Source: a phage. From it: a DNA stretch of 51,819 bases. The stretch lies in the NCBI GenBank assembly GCA_020279385.1, contig GCA_020279385.1_4133.1; one strand, 5' to 3'. This document shows, piece by piece, positions 15,739 through 26,003 of the stretch. The notes below the pieces were generated by a model. That model did no database searches. It was not told the DNA's origin and was given only the letters and a program-made list of their open reading frames with translations. Position 1 is the stretch's first letter, and each line of letters opens with the position of its first letter. The translations under genes and the position numbers were made by a program.

Positions 15739-17306
15739 TGATCATATGGGAAGATTTGACGGCGGCGCAAAAGCGAGCCATTAAAGAAATCAGTGAGCAT
15801 TCATTCGAAAAGATGATCAGAATCTGGTTCCAATTATTGCAGGGGCAAAAATTCCAGAGCAACTGGCATTTTAGCTTATTGTGCAGTGAGGTAGAGAAGA
15901 TCATCAATGGAGAGTCGCAGAATGTGATTTTCAACATTACGCCAGGTAGCGGCAAGACTGAGATTTTCTCGATCCACATGTCACCCTACGCGTCATTGAA
16001 AAGCCGGAAAGTGAGAAACCTTAACCTTTCGTTTAGTGATGGCCTTGTCCAGCAAAACAGCAACCGGATAAAGGAGATTATCGGTTCTCCTGAGTGGCAA
16101 GAGCTATGGCCTGGAAAACTGGCAAAGGCGAGCGCTAAAGATCTGATAGTCACCGAAGGCGGCAAGGTTAAATTGCAAGTTAACTCACGTTCTATTGGCG
16201 GCCAGGTAACAGGTTTGCGTGGCGGATATATGGATGATGGTTTTACTGGTATGCTGGTTCTTGACGATCCAGACAAGCCGGATGATATGCTTTCTAAGGT
16301 CAAGCGCGAGGCTATTCACATGCGATTAAAAAACACAGTGCGATCGCGTCGAATGAAAGACACCACGCCAATTGTTATGGTGCAACAGCGACTACACGTT
16401 AATGATTCCACCTGGTTCATGCTTAATGGCGGGATGGGTGGTATTGAGTTTAAAGTCGTTAGCATTCCGGCGCTGGTTACGAAAGAATACCGCGAAACGC
16501 TTCCTGATTGGTTGAAGCCTGAATTTGATCGTGATGTTCTGTCAAGTAAGCCAGTGATGATAGATGGCGTTGCTCATTATTCATTTTGGCCTGCGAAGGA
16601 AAGCGCGGAGGAGTTGCTTGCATTGCGCAATGCAGATCCTTACACGTTCGCCAGCCAATACCAACAGCAACCAATCGCGCTGGGCGGGAACGTGTTTAAA
16701 ACAGAGTGGTTCCAGTATTACGGCAGCGGCGAAAAATGCGCGCTTCCTAAACCGGATCGCTTTGAATACACATTTATTACTGGAGATACCGCGCAGAAGG
16801 CCGGAGAGCTTAACGACTATTCGGTTTTTTGTTATTGGGGGATGTATAAGAATCGCGTTTACTTCATTGATGGCATTCGCGGAAAGTGGGAAGCGCCGGA
16901 TCTTGAATTAAATTTTATTGCCTTCGTTAACCAGTGCTGGAAGCGCAATAAGGAGTGTGGCAGCTTGCGACGTATCCACATTGAGGATAAGGCCAGCGGC
17001 ACGGGTTTGATTCAGGGGGCCAAAAAGAAGATCCCGATTGATATAAATCCCGTTCAGCGAAACAATGACAAGGTGACGCGAGCAATGGACGCCGCGCCAG
17101 TAATGAGGGCCGGACGTGTGGCACTGCCAGAAAATCACCCCATGCTGCCTGAGATACTGGCAGAGGTTGCAGCATTCACTTTTGATGATTCTCATCCCCA
17201 TGATGATATTGTCGATAATATAGTTGATGCTGTTAACGTCGAAATGAACTTGGCAGATGATCCGGTGGCAAGGATGAAAAAGCTGGCTGGTCTACGCAAT
17301 AAATAG
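15738..17306 (+). CDS. terL: Terminase large subunit
   Basis: 522 aa; Walker A-like PGSGKT; position between small subunit and portal. Confidence 0.8.
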   Translation: MIIWEDLTAAQKRAIKEISEHSFEKMIRIWFQLLQGQKFQSNWHFSLLCSEVEKIINGESQNVIFNITPGSGKTEIFSIHMSPYASLKSRKVRNLNLSFSDGLVQQNSNRIKEIIGSPEWQELWPGKLAKASAKDLIVTEGGKVKLQVNSRSIGGQVTGLRGGYMDDGFTGMLVLDDPDKPDDMLSKVKREAIHMRLKNTVRSRRMKDTTPIVMVQQRLHVNDSTWFMLNGGMGGIEFKVVSIPALVTKEYRETLPDWLKPEFDRDVLSSKPVMIDGVAHYSFWPAKESAEELLALRNADPYTFASQYQQQPIALGGNVFKTEWFQYYGSGEKCALPKPDRFEYTFITGDTAQKAGELNDYSVFCYWGMYKNRVYFIDGIRGKWEAPDLELNFIAFVNQCWKRNKECGSLRRIHIEDKASGTGLIQGAKKKIPIDINPVQRNNDKVTRAMDAAPVMRAGRVALPENHPMLPEILAEVAAFTFDDSHPHDDIVDNIVDAVNVEMNLADDPVARMKKLAGLRNK

Positions 17307-17323
17307 CACTAATTGCTAAAAAG
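17301..17323 (+). promoter_or_regulatory. Conserved intergenic element copy (variant)
   Basis: aaatagcactaattgctaaaaag containing terL stop; followed by TATAAT and hairpin. Confidence 0.5.
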
Positions 17324-17335
17324 TTATATAATCAA

Positions 17336-17360
17336 GGCTGGATTTTTCCAGCCTTTTTTA
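17336..17360 (+). terminator. Terminator-like hairpin before portal
   Basis: ggctggatttttccagcc plus T-run, then GGAG RBS. Confidence 0.5.
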
Positions 17361-17376
17361 TTATGGAGATTTGACG

Positions 17377-18669
17377 ATGAGTGAAAAAACAAGGCTAGTT
17401 AAGGCCGATGGATACAACGAGATTTTCAAGGGCAGCAAGGGCAATGGGCGTGTGGAGTTGCCTTTCTTTATGCAAGGGTTCGAATACACCACGCACGCTG
17501 ATTTTTACATTCGCGACGGCCTAGCAAAACGAATCATCGACGTTGTTCCAGAAGAAATGGTGACGCCTGGATTTAATATTGACGGCGTGGAAGACGAGGA
17601 AAGTTTTAGATCTTTGTGGGATGAGAAGCGACTAAACGATAAAATCATTGATGCGCTTTGCTGGTCGCGTCTTTTTGGTGGCGCTGCAATCGTGGCAATC
17701 GTTCAGGATGGCAGGGCATTAAAGTCACCTGTAGCGCCTGGTGCAATCCTTGAAGATGTTCGCGTTTACGATCGCTTTCAGGTTCGCGTAGAAAAGCGAG
17801 AAACCAATCCGCGCAAGGTGCGATATGGTGAGCCATTGATTTACACCATTACACCTGGTGCTGACCTGCCAGAATACCAGGTTCACTATTCGCGAGTCTG
17901 TATTATCGACGGTGAGCGGCTACCAAATCAGCGACGTCAGTCAAATGATGGTTGGGGTGAGTCGATCCTGAATAAGCGACTTGTTGAGGCCATTTGTGAT
18001 TATAACTACTGCGAAAACTTAGCAACTCAATTGTTGCGACGTAAGCAACAGGCGGTATGGAAAGCTAAAGGTCTTGCTGATCTTTGTGATGATGATGATG
18101 GTGTTAACGCCGCACGTTTGCGCCTTGCTCAAGTTGATGATGAGGGTGGAGTTGGCCGTGCGATCGGCATTGATGCGGAAGATGAGGAATATGATGTTTT
18201 AAATTCTGATATTTCCGGCGTCGATTCATTCCTTGAAAAGAAGATGGATCGCATTGTATCTCTTTCCGGCATCCATGAAATCATCCTCAAAAACAAGAAC
18301 GTTGGCGGTGTTAGTGCGAGCCAAAACACGGCGCTTGAAACCTTCTACAAGCTGATCGATCGAAAGCGAAAGGAAGAATACAAACCAATCCTTGAATTTC
18401 TGATCCCGTTCCTGATTCAAGAGGAAGAATGGAGTATTCAGTTTGCGCCGTTAAGCGTTCCCAGCGAAAAGGACCAGGCCGAGATCTTGAACAAGAATAT
18501 TGATTCTTTGAGCAAGGCTATTGACGGTCAATTCATGGATACAGATGAGGCGCGCGACACATTGCGAGCCATTGCGCCTAACGTTAAACTAAAAGACGGT
18601 AATGACATTAAACTACCTGAGCAGGACGTAGAGCCGGAGCCAGGAACAACCGAGGGTAGCAATCAATGA
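17377..18669 (+). CDS. Portal protein
   Basis: About 430 aa directly after terL; track start is TTG, ATG at 17377 has GGAG RBS. Confidence 0.75.
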   Translation: MSEKTRLVKADGYNEIFKGSKGNGRVELPFFMQGFEYTTHADFYIRDGLAKRIIDVVPEEMVTPGFNIDGVEDEESFRSLWDEKRLNDKIIDALCWSRLFGGAAIVAIVQDGRALKSPVAPGAILEDVRVYDRFQVRVEKRETNPRKVRYGEPLIYTITPGADLPEYQVHYSRVCIIDGERLPNQRRQSNDGWGESILNKRLVEAICDYNYCENLATQLLRRKQQAVWKAKGLADLCDDDDGVNAARLRLAQVDDEGGVGRAIGIDAEDEEYDVLNSDISGVDSFLEKKMDRIVSLSGIHEIILKNKNVGGVSASQNTALETFYKLIDRKRKEEYKPILEFLIPFLIQEEEWSIQFAPLSVPSEKDQAEILNKNIDSLSKAIDGQFMDTDEARDTLRAIAPNVKLKDGNDIKLPEQDVEPEPGTTEGSNQ

Positions 18670-19421
18670 TAGTGAAAGGCGTCGTTAAACAATGGCGCTT
18701 TCCTGAAGCAAGTGAGCGGCAATTGCGCCGCTCAATTCAGGAGGCGATAAGGGATCTTGTTGTGCTGATGCGCAGCAAAACAAAGGAAATGAAATTTGAC
18801 GCGGACACCGAAGAAATCAACGCCGCAGAGGATGAGATTAGTAGCTTCGCGTTAAAGCTAATAGCTGGCATCGCCGCATCACTTCCGGTTATCGGCCTTG
18901 CTGTTTATAAATTCAACGCAAAGCAATTTATTAACGTAGCGAAATCAACGGGAGGCAAGTCAAATTCCGCCGTTATCATCCTTATGGCTATTGGGGCCAA
19001 TGCGAATGAGAGTTGGTATAGGACGCTATACGGTCAATGGCATGACATGACGATCGCATCTCTTCAAAAACTATTTGGAAACATCGTGTCTGACTGGTCA
19101 ACAAATATCAGATCGGCAAACTTTCGCGGAATGAGAGATGGTCAGGTTAATGAATTGGCTGGTAAGAGGTTCGCAGTTTATAGCTCTTGGGGTAAGACAA
19201 GGGCGGAAAACATCATAGGCGCTTGGAATAGTAGACTCATGCGCCAGCGTCTGTATGATGCAAAAGTAACTCATTATTTTTGGCATGGTATGCTTGATGA
19301 CAGAGAGCGATTGCAGCATGTACAATGGGAAGGTAAGCGCATTGCGCTAGATTCTGAACATGATTTTCCTGGTGAGCCTTTCGGTTGTCGTTGTTGGGCC
19401 ATACCAGATTGGAACAGTTAA
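18666..19421 (+). CDS. Head morphogenesis protein (Mu F / SPP1 gp7-like)
   Basis: ATGA-coupled to portal; C-terminal ...GEPFGCRCW motif. Confidence 0.6.
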   Translation: MIVKGVVKQWRFPEASERQLRRSIQEAIRDLVVLMRSKTKEMKFDADTEEINAAEDEISSFALKLIAGIAASLPVIGLAVYKFNAKQFINVAKSTGGKSNSAVIILMAIGANANESWYRTLYGQWHDMTIASLQKLFGNIVSDWSTNIRSANFRGMRDGQVNELAGKRFAVYSSWGKTRAENIIGAWNSRLMRQRLYDAKVTHYFWHGMLDDRERLQHVQWEGKRIALDSEHDFPGEPFGCRCWAIPDWNS

Positions 19422-19431
19422 GAGGTATTAA

Positions 19432-20547
19432 ATGAAAGCAAAACAAAGATTTGATAGCGCCAAAGTAAAGGCGCACTTTGATGATAACGGGTTTTTAGTT
19501 GATCGCCCTATCGTGGCGCGAATTGGTTTACAAGTCTATCAGACTCCTTTCGGTGAGCGCAGAGAATTTCGTCCTGCGTCCGAAGTATTCAAGGCCGACT
19601 CACTCGCCACCTTCGCAGGGAAGCCAGTCACGGTTGGTCACGTTACGGTAACTCCAGAAAACGCCGAAAAGGTTGTGGTTGGTTCTTGTGCTGGCGCTGG
19701 TGTGCCGAACGGGATCGGCGTAGAGGTTCCGTTAAGCATTTACTCAAAACGAGCAATCGAAAGCGCGAAGAAGCGAGACACGGCGGAAATTTCAGTTGGT
19801 TATACATCGGTTGATATTGATAAACCAGGCTGGGGCAATAATAAAACTGGTGAGTACGTTTTCGATGAGGATGTTAGCGAAGACTGGAAACCGGATTCTC
19901 CTGATTGGGTTAAGTTTGATGCAATCCAGACTGAAATCAAGGTAAACCACATCGCGTTAGTTTTCCGAGGTCGGGCTGGTATTGCAAAATTAAACCTTGA
20001 TAGTCAGCAAGATTTTCCGTATAGTGACGAAGTTATTAACAACAAAGAGGATCAAATCATGACTGTAAAAATTAAACTGGATGGCGCTGTAGAATTTGAT
20101 GTTCCGAAAGCAGTTGCGGATCACATTGAATCACTGAAAGCTGATGCCAAAGCGCAGAAAGAAAAGGCGGACGGCCTGGAGGCTGAGCGCGATGCACTGC
20201 AAACCAAAGTAGATGGCATTCAGGATCAGATTGATGCCGCAGTCAAGAAAGCAAAAGAAGATGCCGAGCAATACGCTCAATTAGTGGCAGACGCTAAAGA
20301 GTTAGGCATCAAGTGCGACGGCCTGGACGCTAAAGCAATCAAGGTTGCTTACATCAAAGAAGTTATGGGCAATGACGTTTCTGATAAAGCTGATGCCTAT
20401 ATCGAAACAGCTTTCGACATCGCTAAAAACTCTGATAAAATGGCGGCGCAGCGTAAGAGCATTAAAGGTGACTCTTTCGCTAATGAAAAACAGGATGACG
20501 CAGGTTCTAAGCTGAATCCTAACGCTCGTTTTGAGAAACTGAAATAA
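19432..20547 (+). CDS. Capsid scaffolding protein (possibly with N-terminal protease-like domain)
   Basis: C-terminal Ala/Lys/Glu-rich coiled coil; position between portal module and capsid. Confidence 0.5.
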   Translation: MKAKQRFDSAKVKAHFDDNGFLVDRPIVARIGLQVYQTPFGERREFRPASEVFKADSLATFAGKPVTVGHVTVTPENAEKVVVGSCAGAGVPNGIGVEVPLSIYSKRAIESAKKRDTAEISVGYTSVDIDKPGWGNNKTGEYVFDEDVSEDWKPDSPDWVKFDAIQTEIKVNHIALVFRGRAGIAKLNLDSQQDFPYSDEVINNKEDQIMTVKIKLDGAVEFDVPKAVADHIESLKADAKAQKEKADGLEAERDALQTKVDGIQDQIDAAVKKAKEDAEQYAQLVADAKELGIKCDGLDAKAIKVAYIKEVMGNDVSDKADAYIETAFDIAKNSDKMAAQRKSIKGDSFANEKQDDAGSKLNPNARFEKLK

Positions 20548-20559
20548 GGAGTAATTAAG

Positions 20560-21069
20560 ATGGCTAAAATTGGAGCAAGTTATTTTGACACTATGGCGCG
20601 TGCGCTTCCTGGTCAGGTATCCGACACGTCTGCATATAACATCGACGGCGCTTGCGTTCTTGACAAGGAAGACGGCATCCCAATCCTGGTTGGCGTGGCT
20701 GTTAAGCTAAAAGGCGTTGACTCAATGGGTAATAAGCTGATCGACGCTATTTCTGGTGGTGGTGATGTTCCTTATGGCGTTGGCGTTCGTTCGCACTTTC
20801 AAACTACGGCTGATAATGGTCGAATGGTTTATGAGGCTGGCGGCGGAATCAACGTTATGACTGAGGGCCGCGTCTGGATGATTGGCGATGATTCCGATAA
20901 AGGCAAAAAGCCAGAATATCGTGAGCCTGTAAAAATTGATGAAAACTCTGGCAAGGTGAAAAGTGCTGGCGCTATCAATACAAACTGGGTTTACACTGGC
21001 GATAAAACCACTTTTGGAACTGGCAATAATATGTTGACTTTGTTTGAAGTTCAGGTCTTCCCAAGCTAA
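20560..21069 (+). CDS. Capsid decoration-like structural protein, paralog 1
   Basis: Shares SxYNIDG..V and G..VW segments with 21120-21902. Confidence 0.4.
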   Translation: MAKIGASYFDTMARALPGQVSDTSAYNIDGACVLDKEDGIPILVGVAVKLKGVDSMGNKLIDAISGGGDVPYGVGVRSHFQTTADNGRMVYEAGGGINVMTEGRVWMIGDDSDKGKKPEYREPVKIDENSGKVKSAGAINTNWVYTGDKTTFGTGNNMLTLFEVQVFPS

Positions 21070-21074
21070 AATCA

Positions 21075-21100
21075 AGGCGCTCGCTTGAGCGCCTTTTTTA
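21075..21100 (+). terminator. Terminator-like hairpin followed by RBS
   Basis: ggcgctcgcttgagcgcc plus T-run then AAGGAG. Confidence 0.55.
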
Positions 21101-21119
21101 TTATGTAAGGAGAAATGAA

Positions 21120-21902
21120 ATGGCTAAAGATTATTCATCTGTTATGGGTCTTTCTTGCCCTGGTTGTTTGGTTGATTCTACTCGCTACAATATTGATGGT
21201 ACTGGCGTTTGTGGTTCTGAATCGATCATTGCTGGTAAGGTTGTTTTCTTTAAGGAGAGAATCGGCGGTTACAACATATTTGTTGACCACAAAGAGGAGG
21301 ACGCTGTGGTTGCGGGTGTTGCGCTAAGGAGCAACATAACAACGACAGTTAACGAGGAAGACGGGTATTCCGACTACAAGGAAGGAGACGCCATCAACAT
21401 TTTGACAAGAGGTGTTGTATGGTGTGTAACTCAAACAATTGAATCTCCCCCTGAGCATGGGGATCTTGTTTATGTTAACAATGATGGTTTTGTAGCAAAG
21501 AGTGATGGCGATGAAATCGTAGATGGCTGGATTTTTACTGGTGACTTCTACAAGTTTGATGAAACAATAAACATAGTCGGAGTCAGAATAACGCCGCTTT
21601 ATCATAGAAAATATCTTCTCACTGGTGCGATCATTGAGGCTGAAAATGGATACATAGAGGGAACAGAGACGATTGATAACGTCCAATTAAAGGTAACGGT
21701 TGTTCCGACTTGGGCTGATGACAAAACGGGTCAGTGGACAATTACAAATCCACAAGATCCAAGTGTTGCCAGTGTTAGCCGCACAGGTCTTGTTGTTCCT
21801 ACTGGTGTAGGAGGCAGAGTTAACGTCAACTGGACTGCTAATGATGGTTCTGGAGTTGCTGACCAGTTTGATATTGTATTTACGAAAACCGCTGGCGAAT
21901 AA
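21120..21902 (+). CDS. Capsid decoration-like structural protein, paralog 2, with C-terminal Ig-like domain
   Basis: N-terminus similar to 20560-21069; C-terminal beta-rich segment resembling bacterial Ig-like domains. Confidence 0.45.
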   Translation: MAKDYSSVMGLSCPGCLVDSTRYNIDGTGVCGSESIIAGKVVFFKERIGGYNIFVDHKEEDAVVAGVALRSNITTTVNEEDGYSDYKEGDAINILTRGVVWCVTQTIESPPEHGDLVYVNNDGFVAKSDGDEIVDGWIFTGDFYKFDETINIVGVRITPLYHRKYLLTGAIIEAENGYIEGTETIDNVQLKVTVVPTWADDKTGQWTITNPQDPSVASVSRTGLVVPTGVGGRVNVNWTANDGSGVADQFDIVFTKTAGE

Positions 21903-21927
21903 CTAATAGCATAAAAAAACATTGCAC

Positions 21928-21946
21928 GTTTAACAAAAAGTGCTAT
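21928..21946 (-). promoter_or_regulatory. Conserved intergenic element copy in reverse orientation inside the rightward structural module
   Basis: gtttaacaaaaagtgctat on plus strand; orientation opposite to flanking genes. Confidence 0.45.
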
Positions 21947-21952
21947 CATCTA

Positions 21953-21979
21953 GGCCGTTACATTTAACGGCCTTTTTTA
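21953..21979 (+). terminator. Terminator-like hairpin before major capsid gene
   Basis: ggccgttacatttaacggcc plus T-run then GGAGG. Confidence 0.55.
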
Positions 21980-21992
21980 TGGAGGAAACAAA

Positions 21993-22964
21993 ATGGCTAA
22001 AAAATATGATGAACTAGATGCTACGATTGTAGCGAATCATTTGCAGATTCAGGGCGTTAAGAGCGACGCTTCTGATATGGGTATTTGGACCGCTCAAGAG
22101 CTACACAAGATCCGCTCTACCGCATACGAGAAAGAGTATCCGGCAGGTTCCGCGCTTCGCGTATTCCCTGTAACAAACGAGCTTTCTGATACTGACAAGA
22201 CTTTCGAATATCAGACTTTTGATAAGGTTGGCTACGCGAAAATTATCGCCGACTACACCGATGATCTGCCGACTGTGGACGCGTTGATGACTTCTGAGTT
22301 TGGCAAAGTGTTCCGCCTGGGTAACGCTTATCTGATCTCCATTGATGAGATTAAAGCAGGTCAGCGAACTGGCAAGAGCCTGTCAACTCGCAAGGCTAAC
22401 GCTGCGCAAAATGCGCATGATCAGTTGATTAACTTCCTGGTGTTCAAAGGTTCCAAGCCTCATAAGATCGTTTCCGTTTTCGATCATCCTAACCTTACGA
22501 AAATTGCATCCAAAGGCTGGATGAGCAATGACGGCAATACCAAGTTCCCGCAGGTAGCAAGCGATGAACTGGAGGCCGCAATCGAAACGATCGAGGAAGT
22601 AACAAAAGGCCAGCACCGCGCGACTAACATCCTGATCCCGCCGTCCATGCGCAAAGTACTGACGGTTCGAATGGAAAATACCACTGAAAGTTATCTGGAA
22701 TACTTCCAGAAGCAAAACGGCGGTATCACTATCGACTCTATCGCAGAGCTTGAGGATATTGACGGCAAAGGTACGAAAGGTTGCTTGGTTTACGAAAAAG
22801 ATCCAATGAACATGAGCATTGAGATTCCAGAAGCGTTTAACATGCTTCCGGCGCAGCCAAAAGACCTACATTTCAAGGTTCCTTGCACTTCTAAGTGTAC
22901 TGGCCTTACGATTTATCGTCCGTTTACGATGGTGCTCATTACCGGCTTGAAAAAAGCTGAGTAA
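21993..22964 (+). CDS. Major capsid protein
   Basis: 323 aa in the expected position with strong RBS. Confidence 0.7.
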   Translation: MAKKYDELDATIVANHLQIQGVKSDASDMGIWTAQELHKIRSTAYEKEYPAGSALRVFPVTNELSDTDKTFEYQTFDKVGYAKIIADYTDDLPTVDALMTSEFGKVFRLGNAYLISIDEIKAGQRTGKSLSTRKANAAQNAHDQLINFLVFKGSKPHKIVSVFDHPNLTKIASKGWMSNDGNTKFPQVASDELEAAIETIEEVTKGQHRATNILIPPSMRKVLTVRMENTTESYLEYFQKQNGGITIDSIAELEDIDGKGTKGCLVYEKDPMNMSIEIPEAFNMLPAQPKDLHFKVPCTSKCTGLTIYRPFTMVLITGLKKAE

Positions 22965-22975
22965 TTAGATAACAT

Positions 22976-23003
22976 GGGGAGCCTTAAGGGTTCCCCTTTT
23001 TTA
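22976..23003 (+). terminator. Rho-independent terminator after capsid gene
   Basis: ggggagccttaagggttcccc plus T-run. Confidence 0.55.
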
Positions 23004-23020
23004 TTTATGGAGTACACAAA

Positions 23021-23287
23021 ATGAGCAAAAATTTAAAACTTAAAGTAACTGGCGTTTGCATGATTATTATGGACGGTAAGCGTTATCATCCTGGTGATGA
23101 AATTGAAATTGAATCTGAACGCATTAATGATTCCGCAGTTGAATACCTGATCGCTCGCGGTGATGTGGAAGTTAAAGACAATTCCGAAATTAACGAGCAA
23201 ATCAAGGCGAAAGCGGAGAAGAAGCGCAAAAAAGATCCTACCGAGGGCAAGAGCCGCAAAGAGCTAGAGGACGGCGGCGAATATTAA
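23021..23287 (+). CDS. Hypothetical structural-module protein (88 aa)
   Basis: ORF with GGAG RBS. Confidence 0.45.
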   Translation: MSKNLKLKVTGVCMIIMDGKRYHPGDEIEIESERINDSAVEYLIARGDVEVKDNSEINEQIKAKAEKKRKKDPTEGKSRKELEDGGEY

Positions 23288-23333
23288 TAATTGGGGCGCT
23301 TATGCGCCCTTTGTCACATCTGGAGAAAACAAG

Positions 23334-23753
23334 ATGGTAGATGAATTTTACACAGACGCTGAAATCATGCAGCAAATCGTAAAGTTAGCGCCGCCAATGC
23401 AACAAGTTGATCCCGATTTAATTGTGGCATGGATTGAGCTTGCTAAAGAGTTTGTTTGCAAAAAGCGGTTTAAAAACTCATACCCGAAAGCGGTTGCGCT
23501 TTACACTCTTCACCTTATGACCTTAGACGGGGCAATGAAACAGGAAGGTGAAAGCGTAGAAAGCTATTCCCGCCGCGTTGCCTCGTTCACTCTGACTGGT
23601 GAGTTTAGTCAGACGTTTGATCGAATTTCTTCCGATACAAGCGGAAAGCAGATCCGACAAACGCCGTGGGGCAAAATGTACGAAGTGTTAAACCGTAAGC
23701 ACGGTGGCGGCTTTGGCCTTGTGACTGGATTGCGCCGGAGATGCTGCCGATGA
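23334..23753 (+). CDS. Putative head-tail connector protein
   Basis: Position and size; GGAGAAAA RBS. Confidence 0.4.
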   Translation: MVDEFYTDAEIMQQIVKLAPPMQQVDPDLIVAWIELAKEFVCKKRFKNSYPKAVALYTLHLMTLDGAMKQEGESVESYSRRVASFTLTGEFSQTFDRISSDTSGKQIRQTPWGKMYEVLNRKHGGGFGLVTGLRRRCCR

Positions 23754-24121
23754 ACTACAATGAGATTGCAAGAATGGCTACGGCTGGGATTAACTTTTTC
23801 AGCGACGCTAACGGTATGTTTAAGTGCATCACGCAGCAGGGCGGAGTTGAGATTATCGGCGGAGAGGAAGTTGCCAAGCCGGAGATTTCAGTGATGATAA
23901 AGGGGCTTGTTAGATCCCCTAGAACTAGAGAGGTTGACGGTGAAACAATCCGAGTAACCGACAAGTTGGGGATATTCACCAATGAAACTGAGATCAAAAA
24001 TGGTTATCAGATTGAAATTGATGGCGAACGTTATGTTGTCGTTGAAGCAAGACCAGTCAGGCAGACTAACATCACGGCAGCTTATCGTCCGATATTAAGG
24101 AGGATTGCTGTGCATGGCTGA
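23750..24121 (+). CDS. Putative head-tail joining protein
   Basis: ATGA-coupled start. Confidence 0.4.
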   Translation: MNYNEIARMATAGINFFSDANGMFKCITQQGGVEIIGGEEVAKPEISVMIKGLVRSPRTREVDGETIRVTDKLGIFTNETEIKNGYQIEIDGERYVVVEARPVRQTNITAAYRPILRRIAVHG

Positions 24122-24557
24122 TAATTATAAGATCAGAGAATTTCACGGTGATATAAGCAGGTGGATTGATTCAGTAAGCAGCGGCCTTGTTGATTGCGTT
24201 GAAATGTTCGCGACAAACGTCCACGAGGATCTTGTAAAGCGCTCGCCAGTTGATACGGGCCGATATAAAGCTAACTGGCAGATAACAGCAAACAAGCCGC
24301 CTCTATATGCGCTAAACCAATACGATCGCGATGGTAGTAAAACCATTGCAGAAGGCAAGCGAGCAATATATGCAATCATGCGTGGCGGTGGCGCGGTGCG
24401 GTCAATCTATTTTTCAAACATGCTCATTTACGCCAACGCGCTTGAATACGGGCATTCAAAACAAGCGCCGTCCGGCGTACTTGGAATCGTGGCGGTAAAG
24501 CTGCGATCTTATATGGCTAAGGCAATAAAGGATTCGAGGGCAAAAAATGCACTATGA
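24114..24557 (+). CDS. HK97 gp10-like tail component
   Basis: VKRSPVDTGRYKANWQ and YANALEYGHS motifs; AAGGAGG RBS. Confidence 0.5.
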   Translation: MADNYKIREFHGDISRWIDSVSSGLVDCVEMFATNVHEDLVKRSPVDTGRYKANWQITANKPPLYALNQYDRDGSKTIAEGKRAIYAIMRGGGAVRSIYFSNMLIYANALEYGHSKQAPSGVLGIVAVKLRSYMAKAIKDSRAKNAL

Positions 24558-24948
24558 TTTAATGTTGGCGGCAAGAAAGGCGCTGGCGTCGGAATATGAA
24601 TCAAGATTCAAGATCTCCTATGAAAACGTTGATTTTGTGCCGCCTGGCGATGGTTCAATGTGGTTAAAATTTGACTACATGGAAGCGGACACGGATCGCA
24701 TATCTCTTGATAGAAAATGTGTTTCTTATATCGGTTTGGTTCAGGTTGGAATTGTCATTCCTCCTGGCGGCGGCACTGATAAAGCGCGTTTGCTGGCTAA
24801 AGAGATTGCGAGATTTTTCTATGATGGTAGAATGATTGAAACTGGCTATATTAGCGAGGGGGCAAACGTCCACGCATTACTAAAAAGTGAAACAGGTTGG
24901 TTCTTGCCGATCCGTTTCAGTGTTAGGCTTGATACAAAGGAGGAATAA
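24547..24948 (+). CDS. Putative tail completion/terminator protein
   Basis: Position upstream of major tail gene. Confidence 0.4.
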   Translation: MHYDLMLAARKALASEYESRFKISYENVDFVPPGDGSMWLKFDYMEADTDRISLDRKCVSYIGLVQVGIVIPPGGGTDKARLLAKEIARFFYDGRMIETGYISEGANVHALLKSETGWFLPIRFSVRLDTKEE

Positions 24949-24950
24949 TC

Positions 24951-25613
24951 ATGCACTTGCCTAATGGTTCTCAAATTTTCATCGGCGTTAATATGGGTGA
25001 TCCGATTCAGGCTACGGCTATTTCAAATGCTGATGATCCTGTTTTTACGACTGCAAACACTCAAAGCATCAAAAAAGGCGCTTATGTTCTTATTGAAACA
25101 TCTTCCTGGGGCAAACTTGTTAGTCGCGTGCTTCGAGTTAAGGAGGTATCAGATGATGCAAGCGTTACTCTTGAGGGTGTAAGCACGAAAGACACCAATG
25201 TTTTTCCGGCTGGTTCTAATACCGCAACTTTCCGAGAAGTAAAATCATGGGTAGAGATTCCTTGCGTACAGGATCTTGCGCAGGACGGCGGCGAGCAACA
25301 GTATTACACTTATCAGTGCTTGTCCGACGACCAGGAGCAGCAGCTACCTACCTATAAGAGCGCTGTTTCCCTGACGTACACCTTTGCGCACGAGTACGAT
25401 AACTCAATCTATCCTCTGCTGCGTAAAGCAGATGAAAGCGGCGAAGTCACCGCAATGCGTATGTACGTACCGAAAGCGAAAGAAATGCGTTGCTGGGCTG
25501 GCGTGCTGTCATTCAACGAGATCCCGCAAACTGCGGTTAACGAAATGGAAACCGTCTCCCTTTCTTGCTCGCTGAAAGGCCGCTACACATTCCTTCCTGC
25601 ATCACAGGGTTAA
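24951..25613 (+). CDS. Major tail protein (putative)
   Basis: 220 aa with AAGGAGG RBS, upstream of chaperone and tape measure. Confidence 0.55.
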   Translation: MHLPNGSQIFIGVNMGDPIQATAISNADDPVFTTANTQSIKKGAYVLIETSSWGKLVSRVLRVKEVSDDASVTLEGVSTKDTNVFPAGSNTATFREVKSWVEIPCVQDLAQDGGEQQYYTYQCLSDDQEQQLPTYKSAVSLTYTFAHEYDNSIYPLLRKADESGEVTAMRMYVPKAKEMRCWAGVLSFNEIPQTAVNEMETVSLSCSLKGRYTFLPASQG

Positions 25614-25618
25614 TCACA

Positions 25619-25643
25619 AGGGGCGTTGCGCCCCTTTTTTATT
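25619..25643 (+). terminator. Rho-independent terminator after major tail gene
   Basis: aggggcgttgcgcccct plus T-run. Confidence 0.6.
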
Positions 25644-25688
25644 TGATGTAATATTACCCCAACATTTAACCACTAAGGAGAAACACCA

Positions 25689-26003
25689 ATGGCTAAAATG
25701 AAATTGACTCTTGCGCCGCTTCCAGACTTCAAACTTCCAGTTAAATTTGTATTGCCTGATGGTAACGAGCAAAAAATTGTGTTCACCGTTAAGCATAAAA
25801 AGGCAAGCGAGATTCAAGAGCTTTACCAGAAAGAAGGTATTAAAGATCCTGAATTCATTATGAATGTTGCCGTAGGTTGGGATCTGGAAGAAGAATTCAA
25901 CGAAGAAAACGCGCAACTGTTAGTTGATTACTATCCTGGCGCGGCGCTGGCTCTCATGGGATCTTACTTAAGCGCTCTGGCAGGGCAGCGAGTAAAAAAC
26001 TAA
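25689..26003 (+). CDS. Tail assembly chaperone (G-like)
   Basis: Immediately upstream of tape measure; ends just after slippery A_AAA_AAC. Confidence 0.6.
   Translation: MAKMKLTLAPLPDFKLPVKFVLPDGNEQKIVFTVKHKKASEIQELYQKEGIKDPEFIMNVAVGWDLEEEFNEENAQLLVDYYPGAALALMGSYLSALAGQRVKN

Noticed and set aside
21115-21327. ORF 21115-21327 (MKWLKIIHLLWV...)
   Set aside because: It starts 5 nt upstream of the better-supported 21120 ATG in another frame and runs inside the decoration-like gene; it is an out-of-frame shadow.
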